64,000 nt of DNA, from the NCBI GenBank assembly GCA_963737655.1, contig CAVTTN010000002.1, forward strand, positions 352,001 to 416,000, in the 5' to 3' direction. This DNA comes from an uncultured Planctomycetota bacterium. Its GTDB lineage: Bacteria; Planctomycetota; Planctomycetia; Isosphaerales; Isosphaeraceae. A program made the position numbers and the translations under genes. Every line of letters begins with the position of its first letter. Position 1 is the stretch's first letter. A model generated the notes under the pieces. The model was not told where the DNA came from and did not search any database. It saw nothing but the letters and a program-made list of their open reading frames with translations. Of this stretch, positions 39,493-50,041 are shown piece after piece.

Positions 39493-40897
39493 AAACTTTG
39501 AGCAGTTCCCGGACATCGGTGAAGTGGCCAGCGACGGCGGCGGCGGCGGCCATCGCGGGGCTGACGAGGTGGGTCCGGCCTCCGGGGCCTTGCCGGCCCT
39601 CGAAGTTGCGGTTGCTCGTGCTGGCCGATCGCTGCCCCGGCGTGAGCTTGTCGGGATTCATGGCCAGGCACATGCTGCACCCCGATTGCCGCCACTCGGC
39701 GCCGGCCTCGGTGAACACCCGGTCGAGCCCTTCGGCCTCGGCCTGGCCTCGGACCTCCTCGCTGCCCGGGACGACCAGGGTTCGGACCCCCTCGGCCACC
39801 TTCCGGCCCTTCAACACCCTGGCGGCGGCCCGCAAGTCCTCGATCCGGCCGTTGGTGCAGGAACCGATGAACACCACATCCACCGAAATCTCGTCGATCG
39901 GCGTCCCCGGGGTCAAACCCATGTAATCCAGGGCCCGGCGGGCGTCCTCGCGGGAGGCGAACGGGACGTGGTCCGGGTCGGGGACGCGGTCGGTCACATC
40001 GACGGTCATCGCCGGGTTCGTGCCCCACGTCACCTGGGGGGCGATCCGCGACGCATCGATCGTCACCGAGCGGTCGAACGCCGACGGGTCGTCGGTCCGG
40101 AGCGTCTTCCAGTCCGCGATGGCGGCGTCGAGCGCCTTGCCCTTCGGGGCGAACGGGCGATCGCCGGAGGCGATGTATTCGATGGTAGTCTCATCCGGCG
40201 CGATCAAGCCGGCGCGGGCGCCGGCCTCGATCGACATGTTGCAGACGGTCATCCGGCCTTCCATCGAGAGGGCGCGGATCGCCTCGCCGTGATATTCGAT
40301 CACGCAGCCGGTCCCTCCGCCGGTGCCGAGGTGGCGGATCACGGCGAGGATGATGTCTTTCGGCTCCAGGCCGGGCGGGAGCGTGCCGGTCACCTCCACG
40401 CCCAGGGATTTCGGCTTCGAGCCCTGCCACAAGGTCTGGGTGGCCAGGACGTGCTCGACCTCGCTCGTGCCGATCCCGAACGCCAGGGCGCCGAAGGCCC
40501 CGTGGGTGCTCGTGTGGCTGTCGCCGCAGACGATCGTGAGGCCCGGCAAGGTCAGGCCGAGCTCGGGGCCGATCACGTGGACGATCCCCTGATGGCCGCT
40601 GCCAATATCGTACAGGGTGACGCCGAACTCCCGGCAATTCGCCCGAAGGGTCTCGACCTGCCTCCGCGACATCGGCTCGCGGATCACCGAGCGGTCGTCG
40701 GTGGGGATGTTGTGGTCCAGGGTGGCGAACGTCAAATCGGGCCGGCGGACCTTCCGACCGGCCAGCCGGAGCCCCTCGAATGCCTGGGGGCTGGTGACCT
40801 CGTGGATCAGGTGGCGGTCGATGAACAGCAGGCTCGAACCGCCCCGGTTCAGGACTTCGTGACGATCCCAGACTTTTTCGAACAAAGACGAGGGCAT
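39491..40897 (-). CDS. leuC: 3-isopropylmalate dehydratase large subunit
   Basis: [45 protein letters not shown]. Confidence 0.97.
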   Translation of the reverse strand: MPSSLFEKVWDRHEVLNRGGSSLLFIDRHLIHEVTSPQAFEGLRLAGRKVRRPDLTFATLDHNIPTDDRSVIREPMSRRQVETLRANCREFGVTLYDIGSGHQGIVHVIGPELGLTLPGLTIVCGDSHTSTHGAFGALAFGIGTSEVEHVLATQTLWQGSKPKSLGVEVTGTLPPGLEPKDIILAVIRHLGTGGGTGCVIEYHGEAIRALSMEGRMTVCNMSIEAGARAGLIAPDETTIEYIASGDRPFAPKGKALDAAIADWKTLRTDDPSAFDRSVTIDASRIAPQVTWGTNPAMTVDVTDRVPDPDHVPFASREDARRALDYMGLTPGTPIDEISVDVVFIGSCTNGRIEDLRAAARVLKGRKVAEGVRTLVVPGSEEVRGQAEAEGLDRVFTEAGAEWRQSGCSMCLAMNPDKLTPGQRSASTSNRNFEGRQGPGGRTHLVSPAMAAAAAVAGHFTDVRELLKV

Positions 40898-40987
40898 GGC
40901 GGCGATCTCGGGAGAGTCGGCCATCCCGTCGGGGAGGGCCGGTCGAGGGAGACGATCGTGAGGGTGCGAGGACGGCACCACGCGTTT

Positions 40988-41905
40988 TCAATGGCCGACC
41001 ATCTCGTCGGCGTGGTAGCTCGATCGGACGAACGGGCCGCTGGCCACGTCGAGGAAACCGAGCTTGCGGGCCAGGCGGCCGAGCTCGTCGAATTCCGAAG
41101 GCGGCAGGTAACGCTCGACCGGCAGGTGCCTGGGCGAGGGCTGGAGGTACTGGCCGAGCGTGAGCAGGTCGCAACCCACCTCGCGGAGGTCGGCCAGGGT
41201 CTCGAAAAGCTCCTCGGTCGTCTCGCCCAGGCCGAGCATCAGGCCGCTCTTGGTGCGGGTCTCGGGGCGGATCTGCTTCGCCAGGGCGAGCACACGCAAG
41301 CTGATGGCGTACTGGCTCTTGCGGCGGACGTGCCGTTGCAGCCGGGCCACCGTTTCCATGTTGTGGTTGAAGACCTCGGGCGCCGCCGACAGGACGGTCT
41401 CGATCGCCGAGGCGTCCCCCTCGAAGTCCGGCGTGAGGACCTCGATCGTCGCGCCCGTGCGCTCGCGGACGGCCAGGACGCAGCGGCGGAAGTGGTCGGC
41501 GCCGCCGTCGGGCAGGTCGTCGCGGGTCACGCTGGTGATCACCACGTGCTTCAGCCCGAGGCGGGCGCAGGCTTCGGCCAGGCGGTCGGGCTCGTCCTCG
41601 GCCACGGCCTCGGGCTTGCCTCGGGGCACGGCGCAGAACCCGCAGGGGCGGGTGCAGGTCTCGCCCAGGACCATGAACGTGGCGGTCTTCCGGGTCCAGC
41701 ATTCCGAGCGGTTCGGGCACTTGCCGCTCTCGCAGATCGTCTCCAGCTTCAGCTCGCCGATCAGGGCCTTGGTGCCGTACATCCCGCCGGATTCGGGGAT
41801 CGGCCGCTTCAGCCACTCGGGAAGCCGCCTGCGAGGGGCCTCGACCGGTCCTTCGCCGAGCATGGGCAAGATGGGGAGCTCAGCCGAGGCTGGCAACGTA
41901 GGCAT
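40988..41905 (-). CDS. lipA: Lipoyl synthase
   Basis: CESGKCPNRSEC, CTRPCGFC, RSSYHA. Confidence 0.96.
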   Translation of the reverse strand: MPTLPASAELPILPMLGEGPVEAPRRRLPEWLKRPIPESGGMYGTKALIGELKLETICESGKCPNRSECWTRKTATFMVLGETCTRPCGFCAVPRGKPEAVAEDEPDRLAEACARLGLKHVVITSVTRDDLPDGGADHFRRCVLAVRERTGATIEVLTPDFEGDASAIETVLSAAPEVFNHNMETVARLQRHVRRKSQYAISLRVLALAKQIRPETRTKSGLMLGLGETTEELFETLADLREVGCDLLTLGQYLQPSPRHLPVERYLPPSEFDELGRLARKLGFLDVASGPFVRSSYHADEMVGH

Positions 41906-42608
41906 GAGGGCGGCTCTTGGGGCGGACCAGGGGATGATCGGTATAGAGATGATGCCGTTCCAGGCCGAACGTGGCTTCCAGGTGGCGGATCAGGGCCTCG
42001 CGAACCTTGGACATCGGCGCCGCCCTCTGTCTCTGGGCCTCCATCGACGTCTGCCGGAGCAACCAGCCATTGATCCCGGGCTCTTCCAGCAGGTCGAACG
42101 GGCCGAGGTACGGGCCGACGTTCAGCGTGATGCCATGATAGGCGATCCCGCGACTCACGGCGACGGCCACCGTCCCCACCCGGCGGTGGCCCAGGAAGAC
42201 GCCGGGGAGGTCGGTCCGGGTTCGGCCTTCGAGGTCGAATTCCGCGAGCGTTTCGATCAGGACCCGATGCAGGCCATCGAGATAGGCGCCGAGCGAAAGC
42301 CCCCGAGATTCCAGGGGGAGGACCAGATACCCGCAGAGCTGGCCGGGCAGGTGGAGGAGGCAGCCGCCTCCGCGGTTGACCCAGCGGAGGCTCAGGCGGA
42401 GGTCGCGGAGCTGGTCGTCGTCGGCCCGGACGTGCCCCCGGCTGCCGGATCGGCCCACGCTGACGACCGGCGGGTGCTCGCAGAGGACCAGGGCCCCGCC
42501 GCCCCGCTCGCCCAGGTCGTAGACGAGCCGTCGTTGCAGGGCCTGAACGTCCTCCCACGGCACCTCGCCGAGGAGGAAGATTTCCAGGGGGTCGGTCGGC
42601 GGGTTCAT
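41880..42608 (-). CDS. lipB: Octanoyltransferase LipB-like
   Basis: LCEHPPVVSVG, RGGGCLLHLPGQL, HGITLNV. Overlaps lipA. Confidence 0.85.
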   Translation of the reverse strand: MNPPTDPLEIFLLGEVPWEDVQALQRRLVYDLGERGGGALVLCEHPPVVSVGRSGSRGHVRADDDQLRDLRLSLRWVNRGGGCLLHLPGQLCGYLVLPLESRGLSLGAYLDGLHRVLIETLAEFDLEGRTRTDLPGVFLGHRRVGTVAVAVSRGIAYHGITLNVGPYLGPFDLLEEPGINGWLLRQTSMEAQRQRAAPMSKVREALIRHLEATFGLERHHLYTDHPLVRPKSRPHAYVASLG

Positions 42609-42833
42609 CGGTCGTCGTTCCCCGCCGGAATCGGTCGTGAGGAGGCCAGTCACGGCGGCGTGCCGCTTCGGAACGGTCCCCATTTTACCCGGCGGATTCC
42701 GGGGGCGACAAGCCGAGAGGTCGTCGCGTCGCGAACCGTTCCATCCCGGAGCCCGCTCCCGCCGAAGCCGCAAAGCCCACGAAGCCCGACGCGAAACGAG
42801 CGGCTTCGTGTCGTGTGTGGCTTCGCGGGAATT

Positions 42834-43889
42834 TTAGACGCCCGGGGTCTCCAGGAGCCGGCGGCCCGTTTCGTCCTCGATCCCCAGGCGGGCCAGGATG
42901 CGCCCTCGGAGGGTCGTCAGGAGGTCCTCGACCGCTTTCTCCGAGGAGAGCCGAACCGCCCCTCCGGCCCTCCGGTCGTGGCCTCCGGCCGTCCCCATCC
43001 CATCGACGGCCTCTCGGAGGACCTCCCCGCAGTGCCCGCCGATGTGGTCGCACCGCGCCGAGAGCTTGATTTGCCCCTCGAAGACCCCCGCGCAAACGGC
43101 CCAGTGAACCTGGTCGAAGCGAATCAGGAAGTCCGCAAGCTCGGCGATGATATCGGGTTGTGTCACGGGACCGCAGACGCAAAACACGGCGTCCCGGTAC
43201 AGGAAGGCATGGCTGAGCGCGTGCTGGAACGTGGCGAAATAGCTCAACGGCAGCTTGGGATTGCGAATCCGGGCCAGCAGGTCCTTGTCCGCGCGGGGGA
43301 ACAGCCAGACCTGCGCGCCGTCGTCGGCCGGGCCGGCTTCCCGCGGATAGCCCGTCGTCTCGGACTCGATCCCGTACAGGAGGGCCGTCGCAAGTCGTTT
43401 TGTGACCGGGACTTCCTGCTCCAGAAGATAACCCGTCACCATCGTGCTCGTGGCGCCCACGTTCGGCCGGATGTCCAGGAACTCGACGCCTTCGAGCCGC
43501 CCCGGCGTCTCGTGGTGGTCCAGGACGGCCTTGGGGATGGCTTGCTCGCTCCTTCGCCGGCCGGTGTGGGGCTGGGAATCGACCATCACCACGGCGCAAC
43601 CCGTTCCCACATCCACCTTTTCGATCGGTACGAGCGGGATGGCGAGCAGGTCCACCATCGCCTGGTTCTCGGCCCGAGCGATGATCCCATCGACGGTCAA
43701 GATGACGCGAATGCCCGGATGCTTGGCGCCGATCAGCGCCTCCAGGCCCAGCATCGAGGCCAGGGCGTCGGGGTCCGGATTCACGTGAGACACGAGGACC
43801 ACCCGCTCGGACCGGGCGATCGTCGCCAGGAACCGCTCGGATCGGTGGCTCCGGACGACCCGGGGCTCCTCGGGGGTCGGCTCGCTCAT
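42834..43889 (-). CDS. DHH family phosphoesterase
   Basis: HVNPDPDA, LDHH, GGHDRRAGG. Confidence 0.9.
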   Translation of the reverse strand: MSEPTPEEPRVVRSHRSERFLATIARSERVVLVSHVNPDPDALASMLGLEALIGAKHPGIRVILTVDGIIARAENQAMVDLLAIPLVPIEKVDVGTGCAVVMVDSQPHTGRRRSEQAIPKAVLDHHETPGRLEGVEFLDIRPNVGATSTMVTGYLLEQEVPVTKRLATALLYGIESETTGYPREAGPADDGAQVWLFPRADKDLLARIRNPKLPLSYFATFQHALSHAFLYRDAVFCVCGPVTQPDIIAELADFLIRFDQVHWAVCAGVFEGQIKLSARCDHIGGHCGEVLREAVDGMGTAGGHDRRAGGAVRLSSEKAVEDLLTTLRGRILARLGIEDETGRRLLETPGV

Positions 43890-44015
43890 CAAACGACGAT
43901 CCGGGGTAGGATGGGAAAGGGCAGACCTCCGCCCGATCCGTCCAACGAGTCTACGAAATCCCCGTCCGGCCGACCAGCGGCACGGACCGTCCGGCCCGGG
44001 AACGTCCTCCCGGAC

Positions 44016-44657
44016 TCAGGAGAAGGCTTCGACCCGAGCACTTTCCAGGGTCGCCGCCCGGAGGTCGCTGACCAGGTTGGCGTATCGCAGGAACAGCAGG
44101 ATCATGAGGATCCCGACCCCGAGCATCACCAGGCCGACCACCAGCGAAGCATCGGCCGGGACCAGGGGGGTGGCCACCGTCAACCCCACGTACAAGGAGA
44201 TCAAAACGATCGAGCCGACCAGCAGGCCCTGGGCCCGGTTCTTGAGCACGGTCGCACCCAGGAATTCGGCCCATTTCTTCAGAAACAGCACGAAGAGAAA
44301 CGAACCCGTCCCGGTCAGAACGTTGGAAATCTGCGACGAATAGGGAATCGGAACCACCAGGGCAAGCCACCCCAGCGCGGCCCCGGTGATCGTGAAGGCC
44401 ACGGAGGTGTAAATCACCCCGGCGACGTGGGACTTGTTCGGGACCGACAGGCAGAACAACTTGCCCACAATCTCCAGGCCCCCTCCGATGGCCGTCAGCC
44501 CCAGCAACGCATAGACGCCGAACGGATTCAATAGGCGAGGCGCCGCGAGCACCAGGACGACGGATGCGATGATCGCGAGCACCACGATCACCAGCCCGGA
44601 GTAGACGAGCTGGAGGCCCAGGGCCACCTTGGCCAACGGCGAGTTCGGTTTCTCCAC
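44016..44657 (-). CDS. Multi-pass membrane hypothetical protein
   Basis: About six hydrophobic helices. Confidence 0.7.
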   Translation of the reverse strand: MEKPNSPLAKVALGLQLVYSGLVIVVLAIIASVVLVLAAPRLLNPFGVYALLGLTAIGGGLEIVGKLFCLSVPNKSHVAGVIYTSVAFTITGAALGWLALVVPIPYSSQISNVLTGTGSFLFVLFLKKWAEFLGATVLKNRAQGLLVGSIVLISLYVGLTVATPLVPADASLVVGLVMLGVGILMILLFLRYANLVSDLRAATLESARVEAFS

Positions 44658-44828
44658 GAAACTCCTCCCCGATCCGAAGTCTTGAGGCCCCAAGGCATTG
44701 TGAGCGTCTCATCAAACGCGGTTTTCGCGCCGCCGTCCACGAGAATCCGAGGTCCCAATCGAGAATTTGGCGATTCCCAGGCGAGTTGCACGCCTCGTCT
44801 TCACCGAATCCGTAACGCGTCTCCCCGC

Positions 44829-45458
44829 TCAGCGACCAGGCAGCGAGGCGGGATCAAATCCCTGGGGCGGCGGCTCCTTGCCTTCCAGAATCGCCTTTTT
44901 TCGCCGCTCGACCTCGGCGGCATCGCGGAGGAGCTTCGTCTGGCCTTCGGTCAGTTTTCCGGGGGGGTTCTCGACGATCCCCCCGCTCCTTGGAGCCGAT
45001 TTCGCGACAAATGCGATCAAGAGCCCAAGGCCGATGAGCAAAACGACCCCGTTTAACTGCACGCTCCGCTTGTGGAGGGCGTCGAACCGGGCCTTCCCCT
45101 CGGCCCCGGCGTCTCGGGCCGCGTTGATCTGCGGCGTCAGGGCGTTCCCGCAATACAGGGAGATCAGGGTCGCGACCAGGACGAAGCCCGCCTGAACGCC
45201 GATCGCCGGCCCCCGGAGCTCGGGGAACGCCATCGGGCCGCACACCAGCGCGGGCAAGGCGATGGCGCCGCACGTCGCCCCCCAGGTGTAGTATCGGGGG
45301 AACAGGGCCCGGACGAACTTCCCGCCCGCTTCGGGTCCAAGGACCCCAAAAATGATCGGAGCCACCCCGAACGAAAAGAACAAAACGCTCCCCACCCAGG
45401 CGGTCAGGGCGATTAAATAGACCGACTGGAAGACGATCAGCAGGGCCGGGGCGTTCAT
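44829..45458 (-). CDS. DUF4149/TMEM205-like membrane protein
   Basis: WVGSVLFFSFGVAPIIF, LFPRYY, RFDALHKRSVQLN. Confidence 0.85.
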   Translation of the reverse strand: MNAPALLIVFQSVYLIALTAWVGSVLFFSFGVAPIIFGVLGPEAGGKFVRALFPRYYTWGATCGAIALPALVCGPMAFPELRGPAIGVQAGFVLVATLISLYCGNALTPQINAARDAGAEGKARFDALHKRSVQLNGVVLLIGLGLLIAFVAKSAPRSGGIVENPPGKLTEGQTKLLRDAAEVERRKKAILEGKEPPPQGFDPASLPGR

Positions 45459-45468
45459 TCGACGACCT

Positions 45469-46230
45469 CTACACTTTCGCCGGCCGAGGGGGCGCGAGCC
45501 CGGCCCCGAGGCCGCCGTCAATCCCCCAGATTTGCCCGGTGACCCAGCTTGACTCCGGGCCGAGCAGAAACGCCAGGACCGCCGCCACGTCGTCGGGCTG
45601 GCCGACCCTCCCGAGCGGGTGCATCGCCTCGCTGAACTCGCGGGACGCCTCGGAGCGGAGCAGGGGGGCGGCCATCGGAGTTTCGGTGAGGCCCGGGGCC
45701 ACGGCGTTGAACCGGATGCCCTGCCGAGCATAAGTGATCGCCGCCGACCGGACCAGCCCCTCGATCCCCGCCTTCGCCGCCGAGATCGTCTCGTGATTGT
45801 TCAACCCCTGGCCGGCCGCCACGCTGCTCACCAGGACGATCGACCCGGAATTCCGGCTCCTCATGGCCGACAGCGCCGCCCGGCTCGCCAGGAACGCGGA
45901 AGTCAAGTTCACGGTGAGGGTCTCGACGAATTCCTCGGGGGTCGTCAGGTGGAGCGCCTTCAAACGGATCGATCCCACGCAATGGGCGAGCCCGTCGAGC
46001 CTTCCGAATTTCGCCACCGCCTCGGCCACGGCCCGATCGAGGTCCTCGGCGCGGGTCGCGTCCCCCGGGATGGCGATCGCGAAATCGCCGATCTCGTCCG
46101 CAAGTTGTTGCAATGCCTCGCTGTTGCGTCCGAAGAGGACGACCGAATCCCCTCTCCGGCTCAAGATGCGGGCCAGGGCCGAGCCGATCCCGCCGGCCCC
46201 TCCGGTGATCAGAACGCAGCGACGATCCAT
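45469..46230 (-). CDS. SDR family oxidoreductase
   Basis: ITGGAGGIG, NAVAPG, SSWVTGQ...DGG. The catalytic YxxxK is replaced by ISAAK. Confidence 0.9.
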   Translation of the reverse strand: MDRRCVLITGGAGGIGSALARILSRRGDSVVLFGRNSEALQQLADEIGDFAIAIPGDATRAEDLDRAVAEAVAKFGRLDGLAHCVGSIRLKALHLTTPEEFVETLTVNLTSAFLASRAALSAMRSRNSGSIVLVSSVAAGQGLNNHETISAAKAGIEGLVRSAAITYARQGIRFNAVAPGLTETPMAAPLLRSEASREFSEAMHPLGRVGQPDDVAAVLAFLLGPESSWVTGQIWGIDGGLGAGLAPPRPAKV

Positions 46231-46312
46231 CGACGAACCCCCCGGGGACGGCCGGCGGAAGGCCCTCCTCGGGGGGTTGTAGACGGCCGATTGAGGCGGT
46301 CAAGAGCCGGGT

Positions 46313-47851
46313 TCACTTCCCCCGCTTGTTCATCAGGAAACTCTCCATCACCTTGGGGTTCAAGGCTTTGGGCTTCGTCCCGCTCGGGGGCTCCTTCAAT
46401 TCCTTGGAGGAGACGAACGGGACGACTTCCTTCTCGGAGATCTTGATCCCCTTCCGACCGTCTTCCATCAGGACGATGGCGCCGATCGGGGCGGAAGTCG
46501 CGTCCTCGTAAACCGTTGCGTCATCCTTCGAGGCGCCGGACGGGGCGCCCGAGCCGTCGGTCGCCAGCGTCTTGCCCCGGATCGTGACCGGCGCGGGGTT
46601 GGCCCCTCCGGTCAGGGGAGGCGTGGGGAAATCCGACGGCGGAGGGACGGTCCTCGGCATTCCCGAAACGCTTTCAGGGATCACGGTTCCGGCCGGGATC
46701 GGGTCGAGCGGCACCTCTTGACCCTGGCGGTTGCGGACGGTGTGGGGCGAGTCGCCGGGCTTCGCGCCTCGGGGGGTTCGCGAGGCCGGCGGGGGGGGCG
46801 GCATGGCCGGATCGACGACGGGGCCTCGGCGACCGGCGGCGAACGCCTCCGAGGGATCGGCCGAACCCTTCGCCGGCTGGCCCGGGGCCGAGCCGTCGGG
46901 CCGGGTCGGGGGCTCGCCCAGGCCGTTGACCCAGGCCGAAAGCTGGCGGAATTCCGGGTTCGTCGGCCCTCCCAGGACGGGCTTGCCGCCCGCGCCGTGG
47001 GCCATCCCGGAGGCCATCAGCAGGGGGCTGCGTGCGAGGTCGCCCGGGTCCACCAGGGCGAGGGCCGCGTCGAGGTTCGTCCGGACGATCAGATCGTTGG
47101 CGTTGTCGCGCCGGGACTTCGTCTGGATCAGCTGGAAGTCCAGGTCCGCCTGCTCGTTATGGCACCGGGCACAGCGCCTCTGGAGGATGGGCTGGATCAC
47201 CTGGGCGAACTCGCCATAGCGGCGGACGGCCATCGCCGGGGCGAGGTCGAAGATCGTTGGGGGCCCGGACGGGCGAGGATTCTTGGCGAATTCTTCGCGC
47301 AGGCGATCGATCTTGAGCTCGGCCGGGGCGGCCTCCGGGACCTCGACCGACGCCCTTCGGATCGCCGAGTCCTTCTGGGACGGAGGGGCGTCCAGGCTGC
47401 CGAGCATGGCGCGGGCCCGGCGGTCGGTCGGGTTCATCTCGACGAGTGCCGCAAGATGTGTCCTGGCCTCGGGTTTCATGTCCCGTTCGAGACACCACAT
47501 GGCCAGCTTCATGCGCTCGTCGGGGTCATTCTCCGGGGTCAGCGCGAGCTTGTACTGGTAGACCTCCTCGACCGAGCGGAACGTCTTCTCGACGCTGGCC
47601 CGGGTGAAGTGCATCACCCCGACCTTGCCCTTGAGGACGTACCCGGTCGGATCGCGCAAGACCTCGCCCTGGAGGACCTTACCGTTGGTTAGCAGGAGCA
47701 CCGTCGGCCTGTCGTCCGACGCCGCGGGGACCGGGGCCGCGGCCGGGGGAACCCCCTCGGGGCCATCGGACGCCTTCGCCTCGGGCGAGGGCGGCGCGAC
47801 GAGGCCGAGCAGGACCATTCCGGCGGCGAGCGAGGGGATTTTGGGTGACAT
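46313..47851 (-). CDS. Secreted hypothetical protein with one CxxCH (putative c-type heme) motif and a Pro-rich tail
   Basis: Signal peptide, QPILQRRCARCH, and a downstream AHG. Confidence 0.65.
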   Translation of the reverse strand: MSPKIPSLAAGMVLLGLVAPPSPEAKASDGPEGVPPAAAPVPAASDDRPTVLLLTNGKVLQGEVLRDPTGYVLKGKVGVMHFTRASVEKTFRSVEEVYQYKLALTPENDPDERMKLAMWCLERDMKPEARTHLAALVEMNPTDRRARAMLGSLDAPPSQKDSAIRRASVEVPEAAPAELKIDRLREEFAKNPRPSGPPTIFDLAPAMAVRRYGEFAQVIQPILQRRCARCHNEQADLDFQLIQTKSRRDNANDLIVRTNLDAALALVDPGDLARSPLLMASGMAHGAGGKPVLGGPTNPEFRQLSAWVNGLGEPPTRPDGSAPGQPAKGSADPSEAFAAGRRGPVVDPAMPPPPPASRTPRGAKPGDSPHTVRNRQGQEVPLDPIPAGTVIPESVSGMPRTVPPPSDFPTPPLTGGANPAPVTIRGKTLATDGSGAPSGASKDDATVYEDATSAPIGAIVLMEDGRKGIKISEKEVVPFVSSKELKEPPSGTKPKALNPKVMESFLMNKRGK

Positions 47852-47933
47852 GGTGGCGGGACCTTAGCCCCGCCTCTAAAATCCGTCAATGCGGGATGCG
47901 CCGAGAACGACCCCTACGGCCCCCCTCGCGCCC

Positions 47934-48215
47934 ATGCCCGAACCCGATAGCCTGCTCGATCCCCTGTTCGGCCAGATCGTCGTGCTCGACCTGCAATCGC
48001 CCTATGTCTGTATCGGGACGCTGGTTGCGGCCGACTCGCTGTATTTCAAGGTGCTCGACGCCGACTTCCACGACTTCCGCGACAGCGCCGCCACCCGGGA
48101 GATCTACGTGTACGACTCGGTCCGCCTGGGAATCCGCCGGAACCGCACCGAGGTGCTCGTCCGGCGGTCGGAGGTCGTCGCCATCACGCGATTTTCGTCC
48201 ATCTCCGAGTCCTGA
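47934..48215 (+). CDS. Small Sm/LSM-like hypothetical protein
   Basis: LFGQIVVLDL..PYVCIGTL...VLDAD...VLVRRSEVVAI resembles an Sm-fold pattern. Alternative start at 47889. Confidence 0.65.
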   Translation: MPEPDSLLDPLFGQIVVLDLQSPYVCIGTLVAADSLYFKVLDADFHDFRDSAATREIYVYDSVRLGIRRNRTEVLVRRSEVVAITRFSSISES

Positions 48216-48523
48216 GCGGAGCGGAAACGAGGATCTCGGCGTGCGCACAGGGAGGTCTCAAGGGGCGGATTCCCGACACGGGCACCGAACCAAGCACCAA
48301 GCCGACGAAATCGCATCATCGCGTTTCCTTTCCATCTATCTTCTTACCCTTCGAGACCTTTGAGCGAACCGGAGGTTGCGGGTCCTGGGGCCTTTCGAAA
48401 GAACGGCACGGCCCGTGCGAAGACATTCCGCGAACCCGGGACCCGATCCCCTCGTAAGATCGAAGGTTGAGACGATCCGGGCCGAAGCTTCGGCCCGGCA
48501 TCGAACCGAAGAGGATCCCTCCG

Positions 48524-49456
48524 ATGCGCTCGCTCCGACGCCTTCCCGGCCTTTCGCTGGTCCTCCTGATCGGGGCGACGTCCGCCCTGGCCTCGGAGGT
48601 CCGCGACGGCGCCAACCTCTTCTCCCCCAAGGCGATCCGTCAAGCGCAGGCCACGCTGAACGAGATCGAGACGCGCTACCGGGTCCCGGTCGTCATCGAG
48701 ACGATCGACACCCTGGGCGGCCGTTCCCTGGTGACCGTCGCCAAGGAGCACGCCGCAAGGTCCGGCTCGGCCCAGGTTTACGTCTTGATCCCCAAACTGG
48801 AGCACAAGGTCAAGGTCCTGGAACGCAATCACGTCCTCGGCGCGAACGGCGTCGGCGCGGTGGAGGCGGTCTTCGTCGATCACTTCAAGCAGGCCGACTT
48901 CGACGGCGGCCTGATCGGCGGCGCCAAGGCGATCGGCGGGGATGTCGCGTTGGCCCGGGCCTCGGCGCCCAAAACCCAGAAGGGACCGGGAGTTCCGGCC
49001 GCGCGAGGCTCGGGCGGACTCGGGATCTTGCTGGTGATCGGGGCCGTGATCCTCGGCGTGCTGATCCTGATGAGGGTCCTGGGAGGCGCGATGGGCGGAG
49101 GTCGGGGCGGATACGGCGGAGCTCCCGGCTACGGAGGAGGTTACGGCGGGGGCGGAGGCGGGTTCTTCTCCAGCCTCCTCGGCGGGATCGGCGGGGCCAT
49201 GGCCGGCAACTGGCTCTACGACCAGATGGGGGGCCGCCACCGAGGCTATTCCCAGGGCGACACGACCAACCCGGAGCCCGGCGCCACCCAGGGCGGAGAC
49301 TGGGGGAACGGCGGTGACGGCGGCTGGTCGGGCGGCGATACCGGCGGCGGAGACTGGGGAGGCGGCACGGACGTGAGAGGCGGCGGAGACTGGGGAGGCG
49401 GCGGGGGCGGCGACTGGGGCGGTGGCGGAGGAGGCGGCGGGGGCGACTGGAGTTAA
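48524..49456 (+). CDS. TPM-domain protein with TM helix and Gly-rich GGDWG-repeat tail
   Basis: Signal peptide, VRDGANLFS, FKQADFDGGL, TM helix, repeated GGDW. Confidence 0.8.
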   Translation: MRSLRRLPGLSLVLLIGATSALASEVRDGANLFSPKAIRQAQATLNEIETRYRVPVVIETIDTLGGRSLVTVAKEHAARSGSAQVYVLIPKLEHKVKVLERNHVLGANGVGAVEAVFVDHFKQADFDGGLIGGAKAIGGDVALARASAPKTQKGPGVPAARGSGGLGILLVIGAVILGVLILMRVLGGAMGGGRGGYGGAPGYGGGYGGGGGGFFSSLLGGIGGAMAGNWLYDQMGGRHRGYSQGDTTNPEPGATQGGDWGNGGDGGWSGGDTGGGDWGGGTDVRGGGDWGGGGGGDWGGGGGGGGGDWS

Positions 49457-49461
49457 CTGAC

Positions 49462-49610
49462 GTAGGGTGCATGCAATGCACCATCCTCAGGGCGGCCCAG
49501 GGCCGCCGACCGCTTCTTCCCATCCGCCAGGCCCTGGTGAAGGACCGGGGAAGAGGAGGAGGCAGACGGCCTTCGGCCGTCGCGGGGTTGGTGCATTGCA
49601 TGCACCCGAC
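49462..49610. repeat. GTAG/GTCG REP doublet (GGTGCAT-N3-ATGCACC family), copy 1
   Basis: GTAGGGTGCATGCAATGCACC ... GGTGCATTGCATGCACCCGAC, with internal small hairpins. Confidence 0.88.
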
Positions 49611-50041
49611 AAGCTTGTCGGCACTTGAATAGACTCTTCTTCGTGGACGTATTCGCGGGGCTCGGCGAGTCCGTCGATTCGGCCGCTTTTCGGCCTTTTT
49701 CCCCGCGACGCCTGGATTTCGCAAAGACAAATCTGGCAGGGACTTCGGCGGATTTTTCGAAAATGTTCCCATATGCGGTGCGATGTGTGCGCACGAGCGA
49801 CTGGCACGCGGAAAGGGCTTGTTTTTCAGGCATTTTCGACGATTTCGGGCGAAAAGTGTCGTCAAGTTCGTCGGCATCGAGGAATTGACGCGCTCGAGTT
49901 GCATCAGATCCGCAGTTTCGAACAGATTTGCACGCTGATCCGGCCATCGGCACGGCTAACCTGGCCCGCCGCGATTGCTTGACCGATCCAGAGGCCCCGG
50001 ACCGCCCGGATTCGCGCGGGCCGGGGTCGTCCTCCCTGGCT

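Noticed and set aside
49080..49453. GGCGGCGACTGG-type DNA repeats
   Set aside because: They are explained by the Gly-rich GGDW coding tail of the TPM-domain protein.
49801..49820. CTGGCACG as a third sigma54 promoter
   Set aside because: There is no GC at the -12 position (GG-N10-GG) and no downstream gene on that strand.
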